Shown: positions 27,023 to 37,640, counted from the stretch's first letter. The stretch: DNA of 64,000 bases from Lachnospiraceae bacterium (GCA_017553035.1 JAFZNE010000021.1:5250-69249); one strand, 5' to 3'. The notes: a model not told the origin generated them from the sequence alone. Translations and numbers: made by a program.

Positions 27023-29002
27023 ATGCTCGACGAATTGTCGGTAATGGTGGCATTTCTTATATTTGAGGCCATATTCTGCTTTATGGCCGCTGTCTGCATG
27101 CTCAGGAATACCAGCGTGGATCCGGTAAGAAGGCGTCTGATCACTGTTTTGAATTTCCTTGCCGGTTTGCTTCTTACGAATGACTTTTTTGCATATGCGT
27201 TCAGAGGCAGGCAGGGTACGATCAATTACATAATGGTAAGGCTCTCGAACGGTCTGGTCTTTACGTTTACGGGACTCATCATATTCGTTTATACCATGAC
27301 CATATCCTATGAACTGTTCGGTTCGTTCGGGATAAGATCCAAAACCCGCGCCGTGATAAGAACAAGGATCTGTTACCTGCTCGTGGCAGTCGATGTGGCG
27401 CTGATCATAATAAACCAATTCAATAGCATGTATTACGGCTTTAACGAAAACAACCTTTATGTAAAGGGACCGTTATATATTTATTGTATCGCGGTTCCGT
27501 ATGTGGGGGTTTTTTTGGTATTTACCGTACTGATACAATACCGTAAAAAACTGAGCCGGACGAAATTTGTGGTCTTTTCGCTGTATATCGTGCTTCCGGC
27601 TGTAGCGTTCGCGTTCCAGATCCATCTCTACGGTAAATCATATCTCAATGTTGCGATCGGTCTATCGATGATCGTTTTGTTCATCGAATGTATGATAGCA
27701 CAGAGCAAAGAGGTACTCCGTATGGCCAGGACCGAGGTCAGGACCGGTCTGCTGAATGAGCATGGCTGTATCGAGCAGCTCGATCAGATGAGAAATAAAA
27801 AGGAACTGCTTGAGTATGCGGTGGTATTTACCGATCTTCGCAAGTTCTCGGACATCAACAGAAAGTACGGTACGGAAGCGGGCAATGAGGTCATGTCCGG
27901 ATTCGCCGAGATCATTAAGGAACATCTGGGCGTGGACGGATTTATAGGCAGACAGGCGAGCGATCTGTTTATAATTGCCGTCAGGAAAAAGAAACTTGAT
28001 GAAATAATAAAACTTCTTGACTGTGTGCGTGTCAAGATCGGCAGCGATAATCCGGGCGGTAAAAAAACAGAAGTCACTGTTTCGGGTGTTGCGGGTATAT
28101 TTGAAATAGATGACGAGGGTCTTAAAGGTGAGGATATAATAGCCTATGCTTTCCAGGCTCTCAGCTATGCCAAGACCGTGACAAAGAAGCCCGTGGTATA
28201 TATGACACGGGAACTGAAGAGTACGATCGAAGAGAAAAAGCTGTATGAAGCACGTATACCCAATGCGTTTGCCAATGAGGAGTTTGTTCCGTTCTATCAG
28301 CCCAAGGTCGATCTGAAAAAGAACCGGATGTGCGGAGCCGAGGCGCTTGCGCGCTGGACACATAACGGAGTAACGGTATCTCCGGGCAGATTTGTGCCGA
28401 TCATGGAAAGCAATGATACGATCTGCCGGTTGGATTTTTATATACTCAACAAAGTCTGTACCGATATTAAGGAATGGATCGAGAAAGGTCTTGATCCTGT
28501 GGCGGTTTCGGTTAACTTTTCCAGACGGAACCTGTCCAATCCCAGGCTTGCGGATGATATTGACAAAGTTATCGGTTCATACAATATTCCAAAGAAGCTG
28601 ATAGAGATCGAGATCACGGAAACCAATGACGAGTTCCCGATCAGCGTACTCAAGACCTTTGTCCAGAAGATGCATACGCTGGGTTACAGGACCGCGATCG
28701 ATGATTTCGGATGCGGAAGCTCATCACTCAGCGTGCTCAGGGAAATACCTTTTGACATACTCAAGATCGATAAGGGATTCGTAGATAATCCGTTTGCGAA
28801 AGACATTACGATACTAAACCATATTATCAAAATGGCTAAAGCGATCAGCCTCGAAGTAATCGCCGAGGGAGTTGAAGAAAAGGAACAGGTAGATACTTTA
28901 AGATCGCTCGGAGCGGATATCATACAGGGGTATTATTATGACAAGCCGATGCCCCGGGAAGAAATGTGCTCACGGCTTGAAAATAACATTTACGACAAGT
29001 GA
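27023..29002 (+). CDS. Membrane-anchored degenerate-GGDEF / EAL domain protein (probable c-di-GMP phosphodiesterase)
   Basis: ~220-aa multi-TM N-terminus. The GGDEF position reads ASDLF. EAL motifs are intact: GAEALARW, DDFGCGSSSL, KIDKGFV and EGVEE. Confidence 0.85.
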   Translation: MLDELSVMVAFLIFEAIFCFMAAVCMLRNTSVDPVRRRLITVLNFLAGLLLTNDFFAYAFRGRQGTINYIMVRLSNGLVFTFTGLIIFVYTMTISYELFGSFGIRSKTRAVIRTRICYLLVAVDVALIIINQFNSMYYGFNENNLYVKGPLYIYCIAVPYVGVFLVFTVLIQYRKKLSRTKFVVFSLYIVLPAVAFAFQIHLYGKSYLNVAIGLSMIVLFIECMIAQSKEVLRMARTEVRTGLLNEHGCIEQLDQMRNKKELLEYAVVFTDLRKFSDINRKYGTEAGNEVMSGFAEIIKEHLGVDGFIGRQASDLFIIAVRKKKLDEIIKLLDCVRVKIGSDNPGGKKTEVTVSGVAGIFEIDDEGLKGEDIIAYAFQALSYAKTVTKKPVVYMTRELKSTIEEKKLYEARIPNAFANEEFVPFYQPKVDLKKNRMCGAEALARWTHNGVTVSPGRFVPIMESNDTICRLDFYILNKVCTDIKEWIEKGLDPVAVSVNFSRRNLSNPRLADDIDKVIGSYNIPKKLIEIEITETNDEFPISVLKTFVQKMHTLGYRTAIDDFGCGSSSLSVLREIPFDILKIDKGFVDNPFAKDITILNHIIKMAKAISLEVIAEGVEEKEQVDTLRSLGADIIQGYYYDKPMPREEMCSRLENNIYDK

Positions 29003-29033
29003 CCGGATGCCGGTCATGTTTAAGGAGAGAATT

Positions 29034-29642
29034 TTGAAGGAAGATAAAAGAAAAGGCAAGGGCGAAGCCGGTTATATCTCATTTGTAAAGAAAAAAGAGC
29101 TTCTGATCAGCATTATCCTGTTTCTGGCTGCGGCGGGGATATTCATACTCGGACTGGCACTCAATAAATGGCAGAAAGGCAATATATTTACGATCATCGC
29201 GGCACTTATGATCATTCCGATGGCAAGATTCCTGACTCAGTTTATCATGCTTTTCCCGTTCAGATCGGTCACCGAAGAAGAAGCCGCGGAAGTTGAGAAG
29301 GCCGCAAAGGGCGGAAGCATCATCTATGCGGATAATGTGGTAACTTCGACGGAAAAGGCCATGCAGCTGTCTTTTATCGTGATCACGTCGAATAAGGTGC
29401 TCTGTTACACCGGAAGAGAGAAGGAAGATGCTTCAAAATGCCGTGAGTATCTTGCGGGTCTCCTCAGCAGACGTGGATATGACTACAAGGTTACGGTGAC
29501 CGGTGACAGGACCGTGTTTTTTAACCTCTTAAAGAGCAGTGACAGTGCGGCTGCGATCGAATTTGAGAACGAAGAGGACAAAAAGCGTTTCGACAATGAG
29601 CGCGCAGCGCTGTGCAGGGAACTTGAGAGCGTTATGGTGTAA
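29034..29642 (+). CDS. Hypothetical membrane protein (two TM helices plus a cytoplasmic domain)
   Basis: In ORF 28938..29642, the TTG at 29034 lies 6 nt after AAGGAG. In-frame ATGs at 29007 and 29016 lack an SD. I recognise no family. Confidence 0.45.
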   Translation: MKEDKRKGKGEAGYISFVKKKELLISIILFLAAAGIFILGLALNKWQKGNIFTIIAALMIIPMARFLTQFIMLFPFRSVTEEEAAEVEKAAKGGSIIYADNVVTSTEKAMQLSFIVITSNKVLCYTGREKEDASKCREYLAGLLSRRGYDYKVTVTGDRTVFFNLLKSSDSAAAIEFENEEDKKRFDNERAALCRELESVMV

Positions 29643-29654
29643 CGAGGTGAGGGA

Positions 29655-30695
29655 TTGGTAGAATTTACGATAGGAAAGAACGAGGAAGGCAAACGTGTGG
29701 ATGCGGTTGCCATGAAGCTCTTACCCGGAGCCGGTAAGGGCTTTATTTATAAAATGCTGCGTAAGAAGAATATCGTCGTAAATGATAAAAAAGCCGACGG
29801 CAGTGAACGTGTGGCGATCGGAGACGTGATCAGGCTGTATTTGTCGGATGAGACTTATAAGGCATTCGGAGGGGCGGAGATTCCGCCAAGCGGTCAAAAC
29901 AGTTTTCATTCCGGAAAAAATGATAAGATAAGCAGCGCAAATGATCATCAGGCGGGCAGACAGAGCCGCCATCGGGAAGAATTCAGGAACAGTATAATAT
30001 ACGAAGATGAAGATATAATGCTGGTAAATAAGCCTGCGGGCATGCTTTCCCAGAAAGCCGAAGCGGAGGATATTTCAGTAAATGATCTGATCATAGAATA
30101 TCTGCTCGAAGCAGGAAAGACAAACCGGCAGGCGCTCAGGACTTTCAGACCTTCCGTTTGTAACAGGCTTGACCGGAATACTTCCGGGATCGTGTGCGCC
30201 GGGATCAGCCTTAGGGGATCGCGGGAGCTGACACGGCTGATCCGTGACAGGAAAGCAGATAAATACTATCTGTGTATCGTGCGAGGGGAAATCGAAAACA
30301 GTAAAAACATGACACGGCTGAAGTCGTATCTTTCCAAAGACGAAAAAACGAACAAAGTCAGGGTTAGTGATAATGAGTTTCCCGATTCGGTGCCGGTTGA
30401 GATCGAATACCGTCCGGTAAAGACGCTGAACGGTTATACGTTACTGGAAGTTAAGCTGATAACCGGAAAAAGCCATCAGATCAGGGCACAGCTTGCCCAT
30501 ATCGGACATCCTATAGCCGGCGATCCCAAATACGGAGATAAAGCGGGGAACGAAAACCTCAGGAAGAAATACGGAGTAAGGCGGCAGCTGCTTACGGCGT
30601 ACAGCTTTGAATTTCCGCAGGATACCGTACTTGAGAATGTTAAAGGGAAAGCTTTCAGAACAGAGCTTCCGGATGAATTTTTTATCAGGCCGTAA
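29655..30695 (+). CDS. RluA-family pseudouridine synthase (RluC/RluD-like) with an S4 domain
   Basis: TTG start after GAGGTGAGGG. Contains motifs NRLDRNTSGIV and GKSHQIRAQLAHIGHPIAGDPKYG. Confidence 0.85.
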   Translation: MVEFTIGKNEEGKRVDAVAMKLLPGAGKGFIYKMLRKKNIVVNDKKADGSERVAIGDVIRLYLSDETYKAFGGAEIPPSGQNSFHSGKNDKISSANDHQAGRQSRHREEFRNSIIYEDEDIMLVNKPAGMLSQKAEAEDISVNDLIIEYLLEAGKTNRQALRTFRPSVCNRLDRNTSGIVCAGISLRGSRELTRLIRDRKADKYYLCIVRGEIENSKNMTRLKSYLSKDEKTNKVRVSDNEFPDSVPVEIEYRPVKTLNGYTLLEVKLITGKSHQIRAQLAHIGHPIAGDPKYGDKAGNENLRKKYGVRRQLLTAYSFEFPQDTVLENVKGKAFRTELPDEFFIRP

Positions 30696-30767
30696 GGTGA
30701 CCCGGTAAGTTTGCGGGCAAAGCCGGATGAGGTGCATAAACAGCAGATCAAGGAGAAATAACCGTAC

Positions 30768-31328
30768 ATGGCAATATGGAATTCACGGGGCCTGCGAGGT
30801 TCCGGACTTGAGGAAGAAATAAACCTTACGAATGAGAAATACCGCGATGCGGGGCTGGCTCTCGTTCAGAAGATCCCGACGCCCATCACGCCCATAGAAA
30901 TGGACAAGGAACACGGGCATATCACGCTTGCTTATTTTGAACAGAAGAGCACGGTCGACTATATCGGCGCGGTGCAGGGGATCCCGATATGTTTTGATGC
31001 GAAGGAGTGCCAGACTACAACTTTTGCGCTTCAGAATGTCCATGAGCATCAGGTAAAATTCATGGAAGATTTCGAGAAGCAGGACGGAATAGCATTTCTG
31101 ATAATCTGGTTCAAGGAAGTCGGAAAATATTATTATCTGCGTTTCGAGGAACTGTACAGATTCTGGCGCCGTGCACAGGAAGGCGGACGAAAAAGTTTCC
31201 GGGTGGACGAACTTGATGAAAGCTGGTTCTTTACACATAAAGGAATGTTCTTTGTGCCTTATCTGGAGATGATACAGAAGGATCTGGATGCGAGAGAAGA
31301 TATTTTACTTGACAATTCACCGGAATAA
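30768..31328 (+). CDS. recU: Holliday junction resolvase RecU
   Basis: N-terminus NSRGLRGSGLEEEINLTNEKY...LVQKIPTPI and ...VDYIGAVQGIPICFDAKE are typical of RecU. Confidence 0.85.
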   Translation: MAIWNSRGLRGSGLEEEINLTNEKYRDAGLALVQKIPTPITPIEMDKEHGHITLAYFEQKSTVDYIGAVQGIPICFDAKECQTTTFALQNVHEHQVKFMEDFEKQDGIAFLIIWFKEVGKYYYLRFEELYRFWRRAQEGGRKSFRVDELDESWFFTHKGMFFVPYLEMIQKDLDAREDILLDNSPE

Positions 31329-31404
31329 ATGTAATATAATTTCATTATGCTAATTTGGTAGCATGGTAGCACGGTGAAGTGTTAAAGTACGGAGGTTCAA
31401 AATT

Positions 31405-32559
31405 ATGAAATTTGACAGGATTTTGCACACCCCCGAGGGGGTGAGGGATATATATGACGGAGAATGTGAGAAAAAGATCCTTCTCGAAAATACGCTGCAG
31501 GCTAAAATGCATCTGTACGGTTTCGAAAGCATCCAGACTCCCACGATCGAATTCTTCGATGTTTTCAGCGAGGAAAGAGGAACATTCGCCGCAAAAGACA
31601 TGTATAAGCTGTTCGACAGGGAAGGAAATACGCTGGTGCTCAGGCCTGATATCACGCCTTCGATAGCCAGATGTGTATCGAAATATTTTATGCCGGACAG
31701 GTCGGGAAATTCATCGTCCGAAGGTGATAATTCCAATCGTGCGGGCGCTGTAAGGCTGTGTTATACAGGCAATACATTTATCAACAGCAATGAGTATCAG
31801 GGTAAGCCCAAGGAACTGACACAGACCGGTGCGGAACTTATCGGTGATGCTTCGGCCGCAGCAGATGCCGAGATCCTGGCACTTACGGTGGAATGTCTTC
31901 TTGCCGCGGGACTGAAGGAATTTCAGGTCGAAGTCGGTGAGGTCGGATTCTTCAGGGCCATCGTCGACGAAGCAGGTATCGGAGCTGAAGATCTTGAAGA
32001 ACTGATGCTGTTTATCAACGACAAGAATTCTTTCGGACTCGAAGATTTTCTCGGCAAATTCGGGATCAGCAGTGAACTGAAAAAGACGCTCGTAATGCTT
32101 CCGACAATGTTCGGATCGGTCGATAAACTTGCGGAATTTAAGAAACTGACAGATAATCCCGCTGCAATATCTGCCATTGAAAGGCTTGAGAGAATTTACG
32201 AACTGATGAAGCTGTACGGATATGAGAAATATGTAAGCTTCGATCTCGGAATGCTCAGTAAATTCGGGTATTATACAGGTATTATTTTCAACGCATATAC
32301 ATATGGTCTCGGCGACGCACTGATCTCGGGAGGCAGATATGACAAGCTGGTCGGCCAGTTCGGCAAGGATGCTCCCGCAGTCGGAATGGCGGTATTCGTT
32401 GACAGACTGCTGACCGCTGTGATGAGACAGGGTATCGAATTTGAATCCAAAGAGGCAGTTCAGGTATTTACGGCAGCGGAAAACGGGTGCGAAGAGGAAC
32501 TGAAGAAAGTAATCGCGCTGAGAAGAGAAGGCCGGGCCGCAAGGCTTGATGTTAAGTAA
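31405..32559 (+). CDS. hisZ: ATP phosphoribosyltransferase regulatory subunit HisZ
   Basis: HisRS-paralogue motifs [11 protein letters not shown] and [11 protein letters not shown]. It directly precedes a short-form hisG. Confidence 0.85.
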   Translation: MKFDRILHTPEGVRDIYDGECEKKILLENTLQAKMHLYGFESIQTPTIEFFDVFSEERGTFAAKDMYKLFDREGNTLVLRPDITPSIARCVSKYFMPDRSGNSSSEGDNSNRAGAVRLCYTGNTFINSNEYQGKPKELTQTGAELIGDASAAADAEILALTVECLLAAGLKEFQVEVGEVGFFRAIVDEAGIGAEDLEELMLFINDKNSFGLEDFLGKFGISSELKKTLVMLPTMFGSVDKLAEFKKLTDNPAAISAIERLERIYELMKLYGYEKYVSFDLGMLSKFGYYTGIIFNAYTYGLGDALISGGRYDKLVGQFGKDAPAVGMAVFVDRLLTAVMRQGIEFESKEAVQVFTAAENGCEEELKKVIALRREGRAARLDVK

Positions 32560-32618
32560 GTTTTGAAAAAAGAAAGGACAGTTACCGAAAGACATTATTT
32601 CGGCAGCGATATGAAGAT

Positions 32619-33269
32619 ATGAGATACATTACGATCGCTCTTGCGAAGGGAAGACTTGCCAAACAGACTATGGGAATACTTGAGAAGATCGGTATTTCCT
32701 GTCCGGAAATGGAAGACAAGGAGTCGCGTAAGCTGATATTTACGAATGAAGAGCTGGGTTACAAGTTCTTTTTGGCAAAGGCCAACGACGTGCCGACTTA
32801 TGTGGAATACGGTGCGGCGGATATAGGTATTGTCGGAAAAGATACGATCGTTGAAGAAAACCGCAAGCTGTACGAAGTGCTCGATCTTGATCTGGGCAAA
32901 TGCAGGATGTGTGTCGCAGGACCAGCATCTGCGAGAACTTTGCTTGACAGCGGGGCTATGATGAGGATCGCTACCAAGTATCCGAAGATAGCCAAGGATT
33001 ATTTTAACAATATCCGACACCAGACCGTGGAGATTATCAAGCTGAACGGATCGATCGAACTCGCACCGATCGTGGGACTTGCCGAAGTGATCGTCGATAT
33101 AGTCGAGACCGGTTCAACGCTTCGTGAAAACGGACTTGTGGTGCTTGAAGAGATAATGCCGCTCTCAGCCAGGATGGTGGTAAACCGTGTCAGCATGAAA
33201 ATGGAACAGGAGCGCATCGGAAAACTGATCGAAGATATGCGCGGCGTACTCGGACAAAACGAAGCGTAG
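32619..33269 (+). CDS. hisG: ATP phosphoribosyltransferase, short form
   Basis: Contains [10 protein letters not shown]..., DIGIVGKD and [14 protein letters not shown]. 216 aa. Confidence 0.9.
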   Translation: MRYITIALAKGRLAKQTMGILEKIGISCPEMEDKESRKLIFTNEELGYKFFLAKANDVPTYVEYGAADIGIVGKDTIVEENRKLYEVLDLDLGKCRMCVAGPASARTLLDSGAMMRIATKYPKIAKDYFNNIRHQTVEIIKLNGSIELAPIVGLAEVIVDIVETGSTLRENGLVVLEEIMPLSARMVVNRVSMKMEQERIGKLIEDMRGVLGQNEA

Positions 33270-33374
33270 CTTCAAATGATAAAGAGATTTCAAATGTTTT
33301 GAACACCAAAACATAATTACGGAAAGGGAAATTTTGAAAGGTCCGGTTGACTTTTCAAATGATGGTAAAAATAT

Positions 33375-34664
33375 ATGAGAACAATAAAATTAGATGAGGC
33401 TTCAAAGCAGGAACTGCTTGTAAAGCTGCTCAAGCGAAGCCCTTCCCAATATACCGAATATGAACAGAAAGTTGCGGAAATAGTTGATGCGGTAAAGGAA
33501 GGGAAAGATAAGGCACTTTTTGAATTTACGAAGAAATTCGATAAATGCGAACTTGATGCTTCAAACGTAGAAGTAACAGAGGAGGAATTCAAGGAGGCAT
33601 ATGCCTCGATCGATCCTCAGCTGCTTGCAACGATCCGCAGATCTGCGGAGAATATCAGACGTTTCCATGAAAAACAGCTAACCCGCAGCTGGTTTGACAC
33701 ACAGGAAAACGGAAGCTTCTTAGGACAGAAGATCACCCCGATAGAGAAAGTCGGGGTATATGTACCCGGCGGCAGCGCAGCGCTTGCTTCATCGGTCCTT
33801 ATGAATATCATTCCTGCGAAAACAGCGGGCGTTTCGAAAATTATCATGTGCACACCGCCCATGAGCAACGGTAAAGTATATAATGCAACTCTGGTTGCGG
33901 CACGTGAAGCCGGTGCCGACAGGGTTTTCAAAGCGGGCGGAGCTCAGGCTATAGCAGCGCTTGCATACGGAACTGAATCGATCCCGAAGGTAGACAAGAT
34001 CGTAGGTCCCGGCAATATCTACGTTGCACTTGCCAAGAAGAAAGTATACGGCAATGTAGGCATTGACTCGATCGCAGGCCCTTCCGAGATACTTGTCCTT
34101 GCCGATGAGACCGCAGATCCGCGTTATGTTGCGGCCGATCTGCTCAGCCAGGCCGAACACGATGCACTTGCTTCGGCAATACTCATCACGACGAGCAGTG
34201 AACTTGCAGCCAGGGTAGATACTGAAGTTAAGGCATTTACCGAGAAGCTCGAACGTAAGGATATAATAGAAAAATCTCTTGAAAATTACGGATTTATCCT
34301 TATCGCCGACAATATGGACGAGGCGGTTGACGCGGTCAACGAGATCGCATCCGAACACCTTGAAGTATTGACCAAAGACCCGTTCCTGACCCTTTCAAAG
34401 ATCAGAAATGCAGGCGCGATCTTCCTTGGACAGTATTCGAGCGAACCGCTCGGAGACTACTTTGCCGGACCGAACCACATTCTGCCGACAAACGGAACCG
34501 CAAGATTTTTCTCACCTCTTTCGGTTGATGATTTCCTGAAGAAGTCAAGTGTGATATACTATTCACGTGAGGCTCTTGAAGCAGTACACGAGGATATCGA
34601 AAGATTTGCGAAAGCAGAGGGACTGACCGCACATGCCAATTCGGTGGCAGTAAGGTTTGAGTAA
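33375..34664 (+). CDS. hisD: Histidinol dehydrogenase
   Basis: Contains VYVPGGSAALASSVLM, IAGPSEILVLAD, SQAEHD and GDYFAGPNHILPT. Confidence 0.95.
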   Translation: MRTIKLDEASKQELLVKLLKRSPSQYTEYEQKVAEIVDAVKEGKDKALFEFTKKFDKCELDASNVEVTEEEFKEAYASIDPQLLATIRRSAENIRRFHEKQLTRSWFDTQENGSFLGQKITPIEKVGVYVPGGSAALASSVLMNIIPAKTAGVSKIIMCTPPMSNGKVYNATLVAAREAGADRVFKAGGAQAIAALAYGTESIPKVDKIVGPGNIYVALAKKKVYGNVGIDSIAGPSEILVLADETADPRYVAADLLSQAEHDALASAILITTSSELAARVDTEVKAFTEKLERKDIIEKSLENYGFILIADNMDEAVDAVNEIASEHLEVLTKDPFLTLSKIRNAGAIFLGQYSSEPLGDYFAGPNHILPTNGTARFFSPLSVDDFLKKSSVIYYSREALEAVHEDIERFAKAEGLTAHANSVAVRFE

Positions 34665-34677
34665 TTATGGAGGAATT

Positions 34678-35262
34678 ATGAGAACAGCCGAAATAACACG
34701 CAAAACAAAAGAAACTGACATAACCGTCAAGCTCAATCTTGACGGTACGGGCATTTCGGATATCAATACCGGGATCGGCTTCTTCGATCACATGCTGACC
34801 AGTTTCGCGAAGCATTCATTTATCGACCTGACCGTGAAGGTTGACGGCGATCTGAATGTTGACGGACATCACAGCGTCGAGGATACCGGGATCGTACTCG
34901 GAGAAGCACTGAAACAGGCATTTGGCGACAAGGCCGGGATCAGGAGATACGGAAGCTGTATCCTGCCGATGGATGAAACACTTGTCATGTGCGCAATAGA
35001 TCTGTGCGGAAGACCGTATTTCAACTATGATCTTACATTTACGATGCCGAAGATCGGTGAACTTGACAGCGAGCTGATCCGGGAGTTCTTTTATGCGGTT
35101 TCTTATTCGGCCGCTATGAACCTGCACATCAAACAGCTGGACGGAAATAATTGTCATCACATTGCCGAAGCGGCATTCAAAGCATTTGCGAAGGCGATCG
35201 ATCAGGCAAAGACGATCGATGAGAGGATCACCGGAAGTCTTTCCACGAAAGGCGTGATCTGA
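34678..35262 (+). CDS. hisB: Imidazoleglycerol-phosphate dehydratase (monofunctional)
   Basis: The ATG at 34678 follows GGAGG. Contains MRTAEITRKTKETDI, DGHHSVEDTGI and HHIAEAAFKAFA. Confidence 0.9.
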   Translation: MRTAEITRKTKETDITVKLNLDGTGISDINTGIGFFDHMLTSFAKHSFIDLTVKVDGDLNVDGHHSVEDTGIVLGEALKQAFGDKAGIRRYGSCILPMDETLVMCAIDLCGRPYFNYDLTFTMPKIGELDSELIREFFYAVSYSAAMNLHIKQLDGNNCHHIAEAAFKAFAKAIDQAKTIDERITGSLSTKGVI

Positions 35263-35328
35263 CCTCGATATGAGGTGGAAGGGAGAAAGATCCGATCATC
35301 AGCTGATAATGGGATCGTAGGTTAAAAT

Positions 35329-36042
35329 ATGAAATTATTTCCTGCAATAGATATAAAAGGCGGTAAATGTGTACGTCTGAAACAGGGTGATTTTGATCAG
35401 GTTACGATATATAACGAGGATCCGGTCATTGTCGCAAAAGAATGGAAAGCCCAGGGAGCAGATTGCATTCATGTGATCGATCTGGACGGAGCCAGAAGCG
35501 GCGAATCACCGAACCTGAAGATCATCGGGGATATTATCCGGGAAACCGGGCTGTATATCCAGACCGGCGGCGGGATCAGATCGATCGAGGCCATCAGGTC
35601 AAGACTCGATGTCGGCGTAGGACGCGTTATTATCGGCACAAGAGCCGTAAGGGAACCTGAATTTGTCCGTGAGGCTATCGAAACTTTCGGTGCCGAAAGG
35701 ATCGTCGTCGGTCTCGACGGACACGAAGAGTATGCCGCGGTCGCGGGCTGGGAAGAGGACAGCGACAAGACGATCCTGGATCTGGCTCAGGGATTTGAGA
35801 AAATGGGCGTAAAGACCATCATCTATACCGATATTTCAAGGGACGGAATGCTGGGAGGCCCGAATATCATTTATACCGAGCGACTGATCAATGAAACGAA
35901 CATTGATATCATCGCATCGGGTGGCATCGGATCGCCGCTTGATCTCGAGCTGCTCGAGGAGATCGGCGCCGCGGGTGCGATACTCGGAAAGTCGCTCTAT
36001 GAGGGCAGGATCAACCTGCGTGAGGCATTGATGAATCACTGA
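35329..36042 (+). CDS. hisA: ProFAR isomerase HisA
   Basis: Contains LFPAIDIKGGKCVRL, QTGGGIRS, IYTDISRDGML and ASGGIGS. Confidence 0.9.
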   Translation: MKLFPAIDIKGGKCVRLKQGDFDQVTIYNEDPVIVAKEWKAQGADCIHVIDLDGARSGESPNLKIIGDIIRETGLYIQTGGGIRSIEAIRSRLDVGVGRVIIGTRAVREPEFVREAIETFGAERIVVGLDGHEEYAAVAGWEEDSDKTILDLAQGFEKMGVKTIIYTDISRDGMLGGPNIIYTERLINETNIDIIASGGIGSPLDLELLEEIGAAGAILGKSLYEGRINLREALMNH

Positions 36043-36101
36043 TAAAAACTTGCCGATCCGGTCAATAAAACCGGAAAAGCAGTCTGACAGAGGAAAAGAA
36101 C

Positions 36102-37577
36102 ATGAATTTTGATGAAAAGAGAACAGGAACGGTTGCCGCACAGGATCTCAAGACTGTTGCGGAGGTATTTGCCGGCGTGCCGGAAGTTGAGATCGAGGAC
36201 ATCGGAAATCTGAACATAGAATGCGCTGAACTCTTTAATATCTCAGATACCAACAATGATTCCGATATTGTATATGATGAGGAAGATGGTGTTGCAGAGG
36301 CAGGCGGTAACTTATCGGATGTCGAGAATACTGATAATAACGATGATGGATCCGAAGGATCACATGATATTGCGGAATTAGCGGCATACTGCCAGAACAA
36401 TGGTATCGACAGGATCGTATTTACCGATTTTACCGATGATGAGGACGAAAGAGAAGCATTTTTAGAGAAGATCAGAGAAGTATCAAGGAGTATAGATATC
36501 CCGTTTATCATCGGAACCAGGATCGACCGCTTCGAGGATGTGAAGAAGGCGTTCTATACCGGTGCTGAGGCTGTTCTTGTAAGCATAGAACATAATTATG
36601 ATCCGTCGATGCTCAAAGAGGCAGCCGAAAGATTCGGCGGCGATGCGGTTTACGCAATGGGCGCCGGTGTGGCTCTTTCGATAAGCGGAAAGAAATTGTT
36701 CTACTGTCATCCGGCCGAGCTTGCGCTTTGCGTTGAAGAAAAGGGAGACCAGCTTACGGAAGGCGAGTATTATACGGCGATGGGATTTATGCTGGCAAGC
36801 TGTGCGGGAGTGGTTAAGGCCTGCAACAAGGACAATAAGGACTTTTCGATCAAGGTAGATACGATCGTGGATTGCGAGATCCATGAAAAAACCTCGGATA
36901 TCATGCCGTTTAAACATGAAATGGCCGCAGGCGGACTGAAAGTAAATACATTTGCCGGAAAGATCGCTTTCGAGGAACTTAAAACAGACGCAAACGGTCT
37001 TGTACCCTGTATAGCACAGGATTACAGAACCGGCGAAGTTCTGATGCTCGCATATATGAATGCTGAGTCCTATGAGCAGACGATAAAGACGGGTGTTATG
37101 ACTTACTGGTCCCGCAGCAGGCAGGAACTTTGGGTAAAAGGCGCTACTTCGGGGCATTACCAGTATGTCCGTGAGCTGAAGGCTGATTGCGACAATGATA
37201 CCCTGCTTGCCAAGGTAGTTCAGATCGGTGCAGCCTGCCATACCGGCAACAGGACATGTTTCTTCAATGAAGTCATGAAGCGCGAATTCGTGAACAAGGA
37301 TATTTCATCGGTATTGCGCGACCTGTATGGCGTTGTCTGTGACAGAAAGGTCAATCCCAAGGTAGGATCGTATACGAACTACTTATTTAACAAGGGAATA
37401 GATAAGATCCTTAAAAAATGCGGTGAAGAGGCTACCGAGATGGTCATCGCGGCGAAGAACCCGAGCCATGAGGAGCTCAAATATGAGATCGCGGATCTGC
37501 TCTATCATATGACAGTGCTCATGGTAGAATGCAATGTCAGCTGGGAAGAGGTCGCAACCGAGCTTGCGAACCGCTGA
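36102..37577 (+). CDS. hisIE: Fusion protein: degenerate HisF-like barrel (N-terminus) plus phosphoribosyl-AMP cyclohydrolase / phosphoribosyl-ATP pyrophosphatase HisIE (C-terminus)
   Basis: The C-terminal ~205 aa carries HisI ([21 protein letters not shown]...[12 protein letters not shown]...CHTG) and HisE (GSYTNYLF...EEATEMVIA...EIADLLYH). The N-terminal ~285 aa resembles HisF ([10 protein letters not shown]...[11 protein letters not shown]...GAEAVLVS...[11 protein letters not shown]). Confidence 0.8.
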   Translation: MNFDEKRTGTVAAQDLKTVAEVFAGVPEVEIEDIGNLNIECAELFNISDTNNDSDIVYDEEDGVAEAGGNLSDVENTDNNDDGSEGSHDIAELAAYCQNNGIDRIVFTDFTDDEDEREAFLEKIREVSRSIDIPFIIGTRIDRFEDVKKAFYTGAEAVLVSIEHNYDPSMLKEAAERFGGDAVYAMGAGVALSISGKKLFYCHPAELALCVEEKGDQLTEGEYYTAMGFMLASCAGVVKACNKDNKDFSIKVDTIVDCEIHEKTSDIMPFKHEMAAGGLKVNTFAGKIAFEELKTDANGLVPCIAQDYRTGEVLMLAYMNAESYEQTIKTGVMTYWSRSRQELWVKGATSGHYQYVRELKADCDNDTLLAKVVQIGAACHTGNRTCFFNEVMKREFVNKDISSVLRDLYGVVCDRKVNPKVGSYTNYLFNKGIDKILKKCGEEATEMVIAAKNPSHEELKYEIADLLYHMTVLMVECNVSWEEVATELANR

Positions 37578-37640
37578 AAAGACCGGATCAGGGACCGGAT
37601 GAGCAACAATATTTTGGAGAATATAAGGAGTCGGCATAAA

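Noticed and set aside
31329-31404. Possible T-box or attenuator leader upstream of hisZ.
   Set aside because: Only 76 nt separate recU from hisZ. That is too short for a T-box, and I see no specifier/terminator pair or His-codon leader peptide. Only a weak TTGACA ... TATAAT pair with an over-long spacer is present.
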